Of a DNA stretch of 64,000 nucleotides, positions 27,201 through 39,077 are shown piece after piece. Position 1 is the stretch's first letter, and every line of letters starts with the position of its first letter. The stretch is from Octopus vulgaris. Lineage: Eukaryota. Location: positions 59,458,001 through 59,522,000 of the forward strand of contig OX597815.1 of NCBI GenBank assembly GCA_951406725.2, read 5' to 3'. The position numbers were made by a program, and so were the translations under genes. The notes beneath the pieces were generated by a model. That model saw nothing but the letters and a program-made list of their open reading frames with translations, had not been told where the DNA came from and did not search any database.

Positions 27201-27570
27201 ATTAGGAGAGTACAGGAGGCGGTCGAAAAAGCCAGCTTCTATATATGGCTGAAGCGGGAAGACCGAAAATGGCTTGAAAGTCATAAACACGCCGACGGGA
27301 AATAACATCATTAGGTGAGACAAGCTGACTGACAGGTCACGGTCGTTTAGAAAAAGCGCGGGCTAAAACTATGCGCCTTCGTTAGTCAGTTAAGGTGAGA
27401 CAGTGTCACGTGACAACTTGCTGGGGCTGCCTGCTGGAGCCTATGCGGCAGGTATTTAAATGGGAAAATCTGACAAGACAGTCAGTCACCGGCTAACACT
27501 CGCTGACGATACATCGAAGAGGCCAGGGAACAGAAAAAAGAAGAAGAAAGAAGACTTGCATGCAACACCA
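24275..27570 (+). mobile_element. HERO/NeSL-type non-LTR retrotransposon (RT + CCHC + restriction-like endonuclease), frameshifted; lies in a host intron
   Basis: FRPISLLN, VWLDLANAYGSVPH, AFMDD, CRCGE...HVLSGC...RYTWRHNQVL and RPDLV...LLELTVPWEE...ERKEKRY across ORFs 24848-25849, 25794-26330, 26386-26952, 26877-27305. Confidence 0.9.
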
Positions 27571-28453
27571 GAGCTAAAGACACCTCCGAAAGTGGGGGGG
27601 GGGGGCCGCCACGTCAAAATGGTAGAGGAGTAGGAGCCGAAACCGGACGTGGTTCCTCCTGATGATGTCTTGAGCTAACTGGATCCTATAAAGGAGCTGT
27701 TGTGGTAGCAGACCACGAAACACGGTTGTAATTCCTCCTCGCATCTTCCACATTTTGGAGGTTATTATTTCAAGTTGTGGGTTAATACTGTTTAATTGGT
27801 AGGGTGTGTGATGAATTTTTTTGGAATTGAAGTCTATGTTCTTCCTGTGTACTGTTTGCAGCACAGCTCCATTTGAACCATTTGGGGATTTTGCAATGTT
27901 TTGTATGCAAAGGAACATGACTAAGAGGATAGCTTAACTGTTCTTGGTAGATCAAAGGTGAGTGTATTTGCTGCCTGAAATAGTTAGTATAGAACAAAGC
28001 TGTAACCAGTTAGCTAACTTTAAGTATGATAGAGTTCAAGACTAACAAGGGCATAGTTGAGACTTCAGACCATGGCAATGAAGTTCCCAGTTACTGGAAA
28101 ATAGATAGCTTTCCTTCTGATATTGCATGACAGCCTTGAACCACATCCATAGATCTTGCTTTACTTAAAAGGGGAATATTCAGTATCCAGTTGTTTGATT
28201 AAAAAACTGAGTTTTCAACCATAATAAAATATATAGACAGTTAAGTAGATCGTCTTCCCCTTTTGTAGAAATGTAAGTTCAAATCCTACAACTTTATTTT
28301 TAATTCTTTTAAATTTAACCCTTCCATCATAATTCAAAAGCTGATAAAATGAATACCCATAATTCTGTAATCAATTCATATGATAAATATTTATTCTCTT
28401 TTGAAAATTGATCTTGTGCGAAATAAATCAATGACTCTTTGTTCTTATAATAG

Positions 28454-28530
28454 ATCACATATGAAGAATATTCTTATATCGATTTTGTGGAAATGGTTAC
28501 TCTTGAAGAACTTCATGGTTTAAATATTAA
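28454..28530 (+). CDS. ASK-family MAP3K SAM-domain exon: ITYEEYSYIDFVEMVTLEELHGLNI(K)
   Basis: tag acceptor and gtaagt donor; 77 bp, phase 0 in, phase 2 out; resembles ASK1 FLAEDYTLLDVLYYVTRDDLKCLRLR. Confidence 0.8.
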
Positions 28531-28619
28531 GTAAGTCAAACTATAAAAATCTTCTAAAATATTTCTTTTAAAATACCTTAATTCTTTTTCAGATTCTTTC
28601 TTTTTGCAATATTACAAAA

Positions 28620-29020
28620 GGCGCAGGAGTGGCTGTGTGGTAAGTAGCTTGCTAACCAACCACATGGTCCCGGGTTCAGTCCCACTGTGTAGCATCTTGG
28701 GCAAGTGCCTTCTACTATAGCCCCGGGCCGACCAATGCCTTGTGAGTGGATTTGGTAGACGGAAACTGAAAGAAGCCTGTCGTATATATGTGTATATATA
28801 TATGTATGTGTGTGTCTGTGTTTGTCCCCCTAGCATTGCTTGACAACCGATGCTGGTGTGTTTATGTCCCTGTTACTTAGCGGTTCGGCAAAAGAGACCG
28901 ATAGAATAAGTACTGGGCTTACAAAAGAATAAGTCCCGGGTTCGAGTTGCTCGATTAAAGGCAGTGCTCCAGCATGGCCGCAGTCAAATGACTGAAACAA
29001 GTAAAAGAGATAAAAGAGAT
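28620..29020 (+). mobile_element. tRNA-derived SINE, full length, young
   Basis: A/B boxes, internal microsatellite, and LINE-derived tail ending (taaaagaga)2. Confidence 0.92.
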
Positions 29021-30406
29021 TACAGGCTTGAAATATCCTATTATGGATTTTTATGAGTATTTGATATCATAAATAGCTTAGTGATTGAGGCTATGAGTTT
29101 TAAATCTATTTCTCTTTTTTGAACACTTAATATTTTGGTATTTGTCTATCTCCATTTTGTGTGTTATATCTAATTTTCAAGCTCCTTTAAGTATTTATTC
29201 TAAAATGAATTCTGTCATTAATCTATATCAAACAAATGTAAGGATTTTCAAAGAAGCTAGATTTGATCAACATTCATCAGTATTTTTTTGTTTTAAAAGA
29301 CCTGCATTTATGGTGTGCATGCATGTGCATGTGTGTGGAGAGAGTGAGAGAGAGAAAGAAAGATGCAGTAAGGTAGGTAAACAGTTATTCTTAGGATATA
29401 TCTACATAGAGCACAAAATACAGATTATAAAATAAAGAAAACAAATCTGTAATGGAAAAACATTATGTAATACCTTATCTCAGCAGCAATTTCAAGAGAT
29501 CAAACTTAAATAATACCCATATTCATACGTGATATGTAAATAATGTCATAAGTAAGTGGGCAGTGAGTAACAAGTCAAGATGAAATTGCTAAGTAAGTTA
29601 GGCTTCTCTTTTCAAGAGTTGAATGGCAAATGCTAGTCTTTTAGTAGTATTTATAAATATAGGGGTGTAGAGAGAAGAGATAGAATTTGAGATATTTGAT
29701 TCAACTGTGTACTGAAATCTCACTGAAGTCAACTTTGGCTTTTATCCTTTAGTGGTCAATTAAAAAGTACCAATCCAGAGTGCTGGATTGGCCAAACTGT
29801 AAGCATGTTGGACTAGATACCTTGTGATATTTGTTGTAGCTGTTTGTATTCAGTGTTGTAATTCTGCCATGGCCTATATGATACTTGTTTTTATACCACC
29901 ACTTTTGTTGCCTCTACTGGAGTTTCCTCTGTTGTAAGTATTTGGGCCAGATCTCTAGTTTGAGGTACATTCCTTCCTCATTCTTACCAGCCTGGAGGCC
30001 TGTAAAGAGTCATTGGCTAAAATACAAAATACAAAAATAAATTTCTATTCATCTTCCAAGGTCATCTTTGTTATATATAGCTGTTTAGAGTGTGTGATGA
30101 ATTTTTCTAGGCATAGAAGTTTGTTTTTCTTTTTTCTTTTTTTTTTTTTGCTTGTACTACTGCAGCAAATTTAAACCATTTGGGGATTTAGAGAGTTATA
30201 TTCTGTTTGCAAAGGAACATGATTAAGAGTATAGTTTACCTGTTCTGATGTTAGTCTTTGTTATATATAGCTGTATGGAGAGAAAGGGGAACAAAACAAA
30301 AATGAAGTGTATGCTAATTTTAAAATGCAGGAAGATTAAAGTAAAATCTAACAGCACTTTTACTCATTCCAACTTTACATATCTAATTTGTATATTTCTA
30401 TTGCAG

Positions 30407-30554
30407 AAAAGGCATAGTATATCGGATATGGCGGAGCCTTACATTATTACGAAAGGCTAAAAAAAATAATTCATCCTCCCATGGAGAAAACACCACTTCT
30501 GTCTGTGGAGCAGAAAACCTGGATGTTGATCACAAATATGATGGATCTTCTTGA
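30407..30554 (+). CDS. ASK-family MAP3K terminal coding exon: KGIVYRIWRSLTLLRKAKKNNSSSHGENTTSVCGAENLDVDHKYDGSS*
   Basis: ctaat branch point + ttgcag acceptor; phase 2 matches the previous exon; resembles ASK1 GGMLCTLWKAI; TGA at 30552-30554; AATAAA at 30781 and ~31273. Confidence 0.78.
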
Positions 30555-32136
30555 TGAATTTCTTGTTCAGTTTAATACATTAATGGTTTCAACCTGTTAA
30601 TTTTATTCATGTCTTGAGAGTTATTTGAATGCTATTTCAACTCAATATTAGCTTGCTGTGATTATGGAACAATTTAAATTGACAAAAGCATATGAAACAT
30701 TTTGAACTGAGAAAAGCACATGAATATTTGCATGATTTAACCACTTCTTTAATTCCCTTTTCAATCACAATTCTTTCTTCAATAAATCATTTTCTTATTT
30801 TATTTCCACTTCAGTCATTTCATAGGTTATCTTTTTATAACCACTTCAATGATGGTATCCTCAGATTACAGTTTCAGTTGTCATAAGACATGTAAATGGC
30901 ATTTATAACAAGCACCATTTTCCTTTTAACCTATCATTTATCTTCCAATCTCATCTTCCCCACTTCATAACTTTTTGTGAAATCATAACACTGAAAAATT
31001 TCTGGATGTTCCCTCTGTATAGGGACCATATAGTGAAACTAAAAATACTTTTAATGAATTGAAATTACACTCATAATACTAAAGATCACTAGTATCAACA
31101 ATTTTAATGAAAGAAAAGCAGTGAATTATACAGGGAAGATAACAATTTACATATAATGTACTACAGAGGTAAGGTCCCAAAATGCATCACAGAGTCTAAT
31201 GCTTATTTATTAAGATGTAATGTAAGCTGTAACTGACAATATACCAACATAAGCCATATATATTACTACAGAAATAAAGCACCAACTTGCACCATACAGT
31301 GTACAGAAGTAATTTATCAATATGTATCATGAAGAAAGTATCCAATAGGGATAAGTTCCAAACATGTACCATATACAGTTGTAAAGTGCCTCATGTAATA
31401 TATGATATAAAGTTGTTGTAAGCAAAATGTACTATTCACCCATGGCAGTAGGTGAATATATTATTAAAGTCAACTTTTAGTTACTTGCAAGTACTTCTAG
31501 GCTTCATTACCAATTCAGATCTCAACCAAATTGAATGTAATTTTTTTAGCAATGATGGTCTAGTCTTCAGCTATATTTTGAGATAAAATGATTGAAATTT
31601 AGTTCATTAAAAATATGTTACATCAAAAACAAGAAAGTAAGGCAAAAAATTGACTTTGAATCAAAATATCTAAGTTATTTTAAAAGAAAAGTGTAGATTA
31701 GTTGAATTTAAAAGAATGTGCTCATTGAGAGGAATCTTTTGGTGACAATCTTGTTAAAATGTATTAGCTAGGAAAAAAGTTGTGTAGTTTTAATTGACAC
31801 AAAAAAGTGGTAAGTAACTCTGAATCAAAATATGTCAACAATTGTTAAAGAAAGCAATACAATAGGTATGTTTAAGTGAAAGATCCCTATGAACTAAATC
31901 TTAGGGTAAAGACCTCACCAAAAAATGTGGTGTGGCTTTAAGTGACAAAAAAAAGGTAATCATTTTAACAAATTAAAATATTTTTGTCATTTGAAGATAT
32001 CTAGTTCTATAAAAGACAGTGCATGATGTCATGAGTTATTTAGTTTAATGGTAGAGAGTACTTAACCAAAGTTTGAGAGGTATGAGGTTCGATTCTCTGT
32101 TACTGCTTGCTAGCCACTTTTTTCCCATTTCTTTAA

Positions 32137-33152
32137 TCCTTTAGTGTTCAGACCAGCCAAAAGTAATTCCCCTTTATTTGTTTGAACCAGCCAAATCCAG
32201 CTGTATCTGATTCCACTACAAGATTGCTAAAAAAATAAACAAATCATGTTATTGAATTCTCTTAGCTTTGAGATAATATAAGATAAAGCCTTTCCCATCT
32301 TTACATTAGTAAAAATACTGTGAAATTTTTGAGACTCCTTGGTTTTTTTCAATATTTGAAGAGAAGTGTATATTTCAGTTTTTAATATGGTGTCAGCAAG
32401 TAGCAGGTTTTACTCTCGATGATGTGCAAAATATAAACAAAAACAACAGTGATTTGTCTTCAGACAAATCTGATATTGATGTTTATAAATCTTCATTGGA
32501 CGTGATGTATTCTTTTATGTAAATGTATTTATTAAGTTGTATAAGAGTACATAGCCAATGGTATATTGACTAGTAAAAGAGTTTTGTACTTTATTTTCAA
32601 TGAGAATGTTTGAATGGAATTCTGAGAGGGAAGAAAATCTTGTACCAATTATACCTGTATTTTAATTAATTCAAATTAATTTACCTCATCTTGAAAAGTG
32701 GCAAAATGGTTGGCATTTGACATCTGGGATAATTTTAGTAACAACTCAAAACAGGTAAGATACATTAAGAACTTCAATTTTAGTTACAGAAAAAATTTAT
32801 TCTCAAATGCATGATAATGCTAATACAATAGCATGAACAGGATAAACTATCCATTATATTACAGATATATTTGTTACCAGCCAGCCAGCCATGAGCCTCG
32901 AACTCGCATCCCTGTGGTTACTCATTAAGTGCGTTACCTTTAAGCTAAACTGCCCAGTAACAAATTGTTCTGCAATTTTAGGATTTATAAATCTAGCCTT
33001 ATAAGCCGCTAATGTTAAATTCAACTTACGATGAAAGTAAACAAAGTTTGCTTTAGAAGCGTTGAAATGTATTGAAAGATACAGAAGTTATTCTCAAATG
33101 CATAAATATGAACAAATAATACATTTGACAGATTACTCTGAACACTAAAGGG
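32137..33152. mobile_element. piggyBac-type MITE (TTAA-flanked), containing a tRNA-like insert at ~32875-32960 (-)
   Basis: TTAA|tcctttagtgttcaga ... tctgaacactaaaggg|TTAA (16-bp TIR, 1 mismatch). Confidence 0.78.
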
Positions 33153-33439
33153 TTAAGGGTATTTAGCCAGTCTTCTAAGCTGTTTTTGCAGCATTTATTT
33201 CAAGTGTTTATATATATAGCTGCATACATTATATATATAGTTAATCCAAAATGAAAACACAAAGAGAAAACACAACAACGCAAGGACGTGGAACAAGTAT
33301 AGTGTTATTGGATGCTCAGGAAAGGAAAGAAAGAAGGAGGATTTAACGTTTTGAGCGGAGCTCTTCGTCAGAAACATAGAAAAAGGAAAGATCCAAGGAA
33401 GGGAAGATGGAGGGAAAAAAATTGCCAATGATATGCAGT

Positions 33440-34620
33440 TACAAGCTGAACATGTCTGGAAAATAGACTTCATCAAGGTAGAAGTAGTAGATGGCTTCTG
33501 ATATCTAGATGACCAGGTTAGTAGTGGAGGTAGTTGTTCCAAGAGTGTAGCTATGAGAATAAGATTAGGTTGGGCAAAGTCCAGAAAGCTCCTATCCCTG
33601 CTGGCAACAAAGGGCCTCTCTCAGAGTGAAAGACAAATAGTTTGATGCCTATGTGCGAACAGCTATGCTTCATAGCAGTGAAACATAAGCTATAGCAGCC
33701 AAGAACATGCATAGGCTTGAGAGAAATGAAGCCTGTATGCTTTGCTGAATGTGCAATGTCAGTGTGCATGTTCAACAGAGTGTAAGCATCTTAGGAGAAA
33801 AGTTAGGCTTAAGAGGAATCAGGTGTGGTATGCAAGAGAGGTAACTGTGCTGGTATGATCATGGTATGGATGAGGACAGTTGTGTAAAGAAGTGCCAATC
33901 GCTAACTGTGGAGGGAATCTGCAGTAGAGGTAGACCCAGGAAGACATGGGACGAAGTGGTGAAGCATGACCTTCAAACTTTGAATCTCACAGAGGCAATG
34001 ACTAGTGACTGAGACCTTTAGCAATGTGCTCTGCTTAAGAGGGCCCATCAAGCCAAGTGCACCCATGCTGATGGCATATAAAAAAGTTCAACCTTTGAAT
34101 GTTGGACCTCATGGAGGCAAAGTGGCTGAGTTTCTTTCGAGAGCTGGGCCTCAGAAGTGAAGTGGCTGAGTTCCTTTTGAGTGTTGGGCCTCATGGAGGT
34201 AAAGTGGCTGAGTTCCTTTCGAGTGTTGCGATCCATGGAGGTGAGGTGGCTGAGCTCCTTTCAAGCGGGCCTCATGGCTCATTTCCTTTAAAGCATTGGG
34301 CCTCATAGAGGCAAAGTGGCCAAGCTCTTTTCGAGTGTTAGGCTTCACAGAGGCAATGACCAAGACCTTTGGAATTATGTCGTGCTCAAGAAGAAGACCC
34401 ATCAAGCTGAACAAAATCAGTCATCGTAGATACTGGTGTCGCACAAATGGCACATAAAAGCACCCATTACACTCTCAGAGTGATTGGCATTAGGAAGGGC
34501 ATCCAGCTGTAGAAAACCATGCCAAATTAGACTGGACCCTGGCACAGCCTTCCAGCATGCCAACCCAGTCAAACCATCCAACCCATGCCAACATAGACAA
34601 CAGACATTAAATGATGATGT
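33440..34620 (+). mobile_element. RTE LINE 3' fragment plus RTE-tailed repeat containing a ~42-bp tandem array (34097-34350)
   Basis: Decayed RIRLGWAK, LHSSET, RGRPRKTWDEVVKHDL; units gagtgttgggcctcatggaggcaaagtggctgagttcctttc; (gat)n tail. Confidence 0.75.
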
Positions 34621-34704
34621 ATGTGTGTGTGTTTTTATTTTATGTTATTGATAACACCTAGAAGAAGGTGCTTTTTTTTCCACTCCCCAAAATTTATATA
34701 AATA

Positions 34705-34965
34705 TTTTTTGTTGGTTTCAGCCAGAGGCTAATGATGTGCTGGGGCACTGCCTTTCAGTGTGATGGAGTTTCTTCATGATGAAGTAGTGAATTGATTGGA
34801 GCTGCTGCTCTTTGTTCCTCCTGCTATGATGTGGGTTCATCTAGTATCACAGATAAAAATTTGACATTCTTTGAAGACCTGAACATTTACCCCTTGCAAA
34901 TCTCTGACACTGTAGAATGTTAAATAGTTGTGGACCACTAAAACCTAAGCTGTTACATTACTGAG
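34705..34965 (-). mobile_element. Old CR1-type LINE 3' fragment
   Basis: Reverse strand ends ggcagtgccccagcac...tggctgaaacc, like the LINE family 3' ends. Confidence 0.6.
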
Positions 34966-34974
34966 TCCTACTTC

Positions 34975-35716
34975 TACAAGGGTCAGCTGAAAAGTTCATA
35001 GGCTGACAAAGATAGGTCTGATCAATAAGTATCAAAAAGCACACAGAGTAAAACCATTTGGCACAAATTGATCTTCACCTCTGCTGTGCATGCACACTAA
35101 GTTTTAATGATCTAGCTCACTTCTGCTGTTTACAACAGTGTTCGGAAGGAAGGTGTGTAGTGTATGATCATTGATATTGACCATGACAGAGAAAGTTGTC
35201 ATGGTGATACCTGCTCAGAGGCCAATGCAAAGTTGCAGAAAGAGTATGGAGAGGAGTGTATGAGCTGCACACAAGTGTATGAGTGGGTCAGACGTTTACA
35301 AGATGGTCAAAAAATGTTGATATTGACAAACGTTCTGGGAGACCTGCAACCAGCAGAACTGAGAAAAACATCACAGCTGTGAGGGGAAATTGTCGAATCA
35401 CCATCTGTGAGTTATCAGAGGATGTGCAGATTAGTTATGGTTCAGTTCAGTCCATTATCACTGAAGATTTGCATATGAGACATGTTTGCCAAGAATGTGC
35501 CAAAACTGCTTACAGCTGACCGAAGAGACACTTTGGTTTCATTACACAAGATCTCCTTGATTGTGTCAAAAACAATGAAAACTTTGTGTAGGCCTCTGAA
35601 CAAGTAACACCAAGCTTTTGGCAAAATTAGATGCAGGTTCTCTGCTCAGCATTCTCTACCATGGTCAATACAATGATGACACACTACATATGTTCCTTCC
35701 AAGCACTGCTGTAAAC
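34975..35716 (+). mobile_element. Mariner deletion derivative (left end + transposase 5' part + inverted left end)
   Basis: KLQKEYGEECMSCTQVYEWVRR, RSGRPATS, RITICELSEDVQISYGSVQSIITEDL; mirror of 16739-17554. Confidence 0.8.
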
Positions 35717-35719
35717 ATA

Positions 35720-37423
35720 GTCTCTCACATTTTCTTTCTCCCGCCTCTAATTGTTTTCATTAATAATAATCTACTTAATACATATTCATTGCAAATTTTT
35801 ATTTCAAGTTTTATTTCGTTATTTCAGATGAAGAAATCGGGTATTTTGTTGACTTAAATTTGTTGTGTAATGCCCTCGGTTTATACATAATGAAAATAAC
35901 TTATATTGAACAACTTATTAAAGCTTACTGAAGCTTCAAATTCATGTGACTTATTTCCTTTCTGTCATTATCTAAAAATTAGCAAGTGAATTTGTTGCTA
36001 TGGCTATTTGAATATGCTATGTGATCACTGCTGTTTTTTCACACATTAAATATAGTTGGACTACCTTGGCATTTATTTAAAAAAGAGAAATTATGACTGT
36101 GATAAAATAATGAAAGCAATATTTACTAAGCAAGTGAAAATAATTAGACTTAGAATATCATAAAAATTATTAGAATTGGGAATCGATTTTTGATAAAGAA
36201 GAATTTCTAAATGTACTTGCATTTTTTTATATTCTTTTCCAGCTTTCTATTTGTGTATCTGTAAGTACAGGTTCATTTCTGTAAAAATTTTCCAGTGTCA
36301 ACAGGTCTGCTTCATATATAAGATATATATTTATTTGTGTATAAATACATTCTACACAGAGATAGATGCATCTTTTTCATATGTCAACAGGTCTGTTAAG
36401 CTATATATTAATGTGTGTGTGTATGAAAATATATTCAGTATGGAGATAGACGCATTATTTTTCAAATGTCAACAGGTCTGTTTCATATATATGATATATA
36501 TTATTGTGTGTGTGTGTGTGTATGCCACCTCACCACATAACACTTCAAAAAGGAGGGCCCCAATCATGCTGCCCAGGAATCTGGATCCACCTCACCTGTT
36601 CAATGGCACCAGACTGGTGGTGAAAGCTATGTGACCCCATGTCCTAGAGGCAACAAATGACCTCCCTTTTGAATTTCAATGGTTCCAGTTCCCAGTGAAA
36701 CTACGTTTCAATATGTCAATAAACAAATCTCAAGGACAGTCTCTCAAGGTTGTTGGACTTCTCCTTGCTTCTCTCATAGGCAATTATATGTAGGATATTC
36801 GAGAGTTATGTAGGATAAGTAGGATATTCGAGTCACCAAAACCTTTTCACTTATACACCAATTAAAGGACACATTCAAAACATTGTATATTTAGAAGCTC
36901 TAGATAATTAAACTGTGATTGATTTCTGAATTTATTTCAATACATTTGTTTATACTCACATCATTTGATAGAATTTTTGTTAAATGTATTTATTAACAGG
37001 AGAGGAGCGCCTGGAAGGTGGTTCTTCTCAAATTTAGGCATTTTCAGGTTCAACAAGTTTCAAATAAGTACTGACAATTGAAGGTGATTGCAAAGACAAA
37101 GAACTATCTGCTTTTTTTAACAGTGAGAACATCAGACAAAAGATGTTATTGATATATACATATACAGTTGGTACCTCAGCTAATAACTGTTGAGAACTGC
37201 ATAATCCATGTTTCATTTTACTTACAGATTTAAAAGGCATACTTAAATTTCATTATTTTCAATAACCTGGGAGACTCCAGGTTACAAATGTATAAAGTTG
37301 GGGTCTCAGCTACTAAGAGGTGAAATCTGCCTCATCTATGTTTCATGCTAGTTAGAGATTTAAAAGGCATACTTAAATTTCATTATTTTCTTTAACTCAG
37401 GCAATGCTAGGTATTTCTGCTAG
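35720..37423 (+). mobile_element. Helitron remnant (PIF1 helicase C-terminus, 3' CTAG end); 5' boundary uncertain
   Basis: 36530-36905 reads PIMLPRNLDPPHLFNGTRLVV...QFPVKLRFNMSINKSQGQSLKVVG...GQLYVG; 3' end caggcaatgctaggtatttctgCTAG|t; ~90-bp tandem units at 36270-36500. Confidence 0.8.
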
Positions 37424-38139
37424 TGCTATCTAAAGGAGTAAATAGTAATAAAGAACTTTGTGGAAATGAATTTGATTCTACCATAAATGATCAAATTAAA
37501 ACTAAATCTGAGCGAAATATAAAAAATTACCTTTGCAATTGTTCTAAACGGGAATCCTGTTATGTGAAAAATAAATGAAAAACTAAAAATGTAATATATA
37601 GATGTAAAGTTGCATCTGAGAGTAATGAATACTTTTACATTGGTGGAACATCATTAGTTTTCAAGAGGAGACTGGCAAATCATTTGAGTTTGTAGGCAAC
37701 CTTATTTGAATCAGTGACATTGTGTTTCAATGAGAGTCATCTATAGTTATTTCCCCTATCACATTGCTAGCAACTAGGTGGTACTTGTTACCTAGCTATA
37801 AAATGTGCATGGACACATCACACTCTCTTTCTTCTCCTGTACACTACCTGTGACTAGCTATGGTGTTCTCCATCTCTGTACCTGCTATGAGACAACTTTT
37901 TTTGATTGAATTTTCTTCAATCCACTTCACCAGTCATGGAATACGGCAAGTCAAAAACATTCCCTTATTCAAATTCCATTCTGTTCTATTGAATGATAAT
38001 GAACAAGCTATGTAAACATCCTCATTCCGTATCGGAATAAATTCCTCATGTACATGATGTCTTCGCAATTCCACATGAGTTGTTGTTGTTCCTCACTGGA
38101 TTCTAACAGCTATTGAAGAATGACCAAAAATTATATTAA

Positions 38140-38680
38140 ATTAGTGGGATAAAAATGCATTAAAAATTCGTTTAGAGATAAAAATAAAAGATTCCAAACA
38201 AGTCTTAGTAAATGAATCTGGTCTATTAAAGACAGAAACAAAGACTATACTATCAACTGGGAATTAATTTGTACTGCAAAACCATACAGACCTGGAACTA
38301 AAAAATGTGACCTATGTTTAGAAGAATTTTACCAGATTTTTACATCCAAGGGTAATGCAATAAATTCTAGATAGGAACAGGCTTTGAGATGCTTGCACAT
38401 AAGGAAATTCACATTTGCCCTGTATAAATGAATATTAAACATTTAAACTATAGAATGTTTTGAAATCATGGACAATAACTTGAATTGAAGATTTCTCACT
38501 TCTAACTTAATGAACGACTCTACATCATACAATATAGAGTACGTAAACAAAAATCTTTAAACAGTTAAATCAAAGACCCTGAATAAACTGCACTGGTATT
38601 ATAGTAGGATTGCAATGACAACAGTTATTAATCAGTGCAGTTGAAACATGTATAGATCTATGTAAAGCTGTATACATATA
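38140..38680 (+). mobile_element. Penelope-like endonuclease C-terminal fragment with decayed hammerhead
   Basis: NSFRDKNKRFQTSLSK*IWSIKD...INWELICTAKPYRPGTKKCDLCLEE...CLHIRKF; ctgaata-aactgcactg...cagtgcagtt-gaaa at 38579-38646. Confidence 0.7.
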
Positions 38681-38799
38681 AAAAGAATTAAAGGTAATAC
38701 TATGCAACTTCATAATATATACATATATGTATATTAAAATGTGCATACACACACACATACACACTTATGCATGTAAGTGCAGGACTCTCTTGTCATTAG

Positions 38800-39077
38800 A
38801 TGACGTATGAGGGCTTGACAATTTCTTCCCAAATAACCACACAGATGATTTGTTTATAGTGATCAAATGTTTGTGTAGACATAAGCTCACTCCCTCCATC
38901 AAATCAACATTACCTGTACTGGTGCAGTTGGGTGCCACGTCAGATGTCAAAATGATTGCAGAGCAATGCTAAATGAAGTGCTTTGCTCAAGAACACAATG
39001 CAACACCTGGTCTGGGAATCAAATGCATGATCTTGCAATTGTGAGTGCAACACCCTAACCACTAAGCCATGTGCCTT
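38800..39077 (-). mobile_element. tRNA-derived SINE (decayed)
   Basis: Reverse strand ggcacatggcttagtggttagggtgttgcactcacaattgcaagatc...gattcccagacc head. Confidence 0.7.

Noticed and set aside
30248-30460. 70-aa ORF overlapping the last MAP3K exon
   Set aside because: Wrong frame and mostly intronic; the spliced frame explains the region
32030-32110. tRNA gene (also 32875-32960)
   Set aside because: A/B-box-like motifs are present but the cloverleaf stems do not pair; more likely SINE heads
34097-34350. CRISPR-like regularly spaced repeats (also 49910-50700, 59578-60012)
   Set aside because: No unique spacers, no cas genes, eukaryotic context; ordinary tandem repeats inside retroelements
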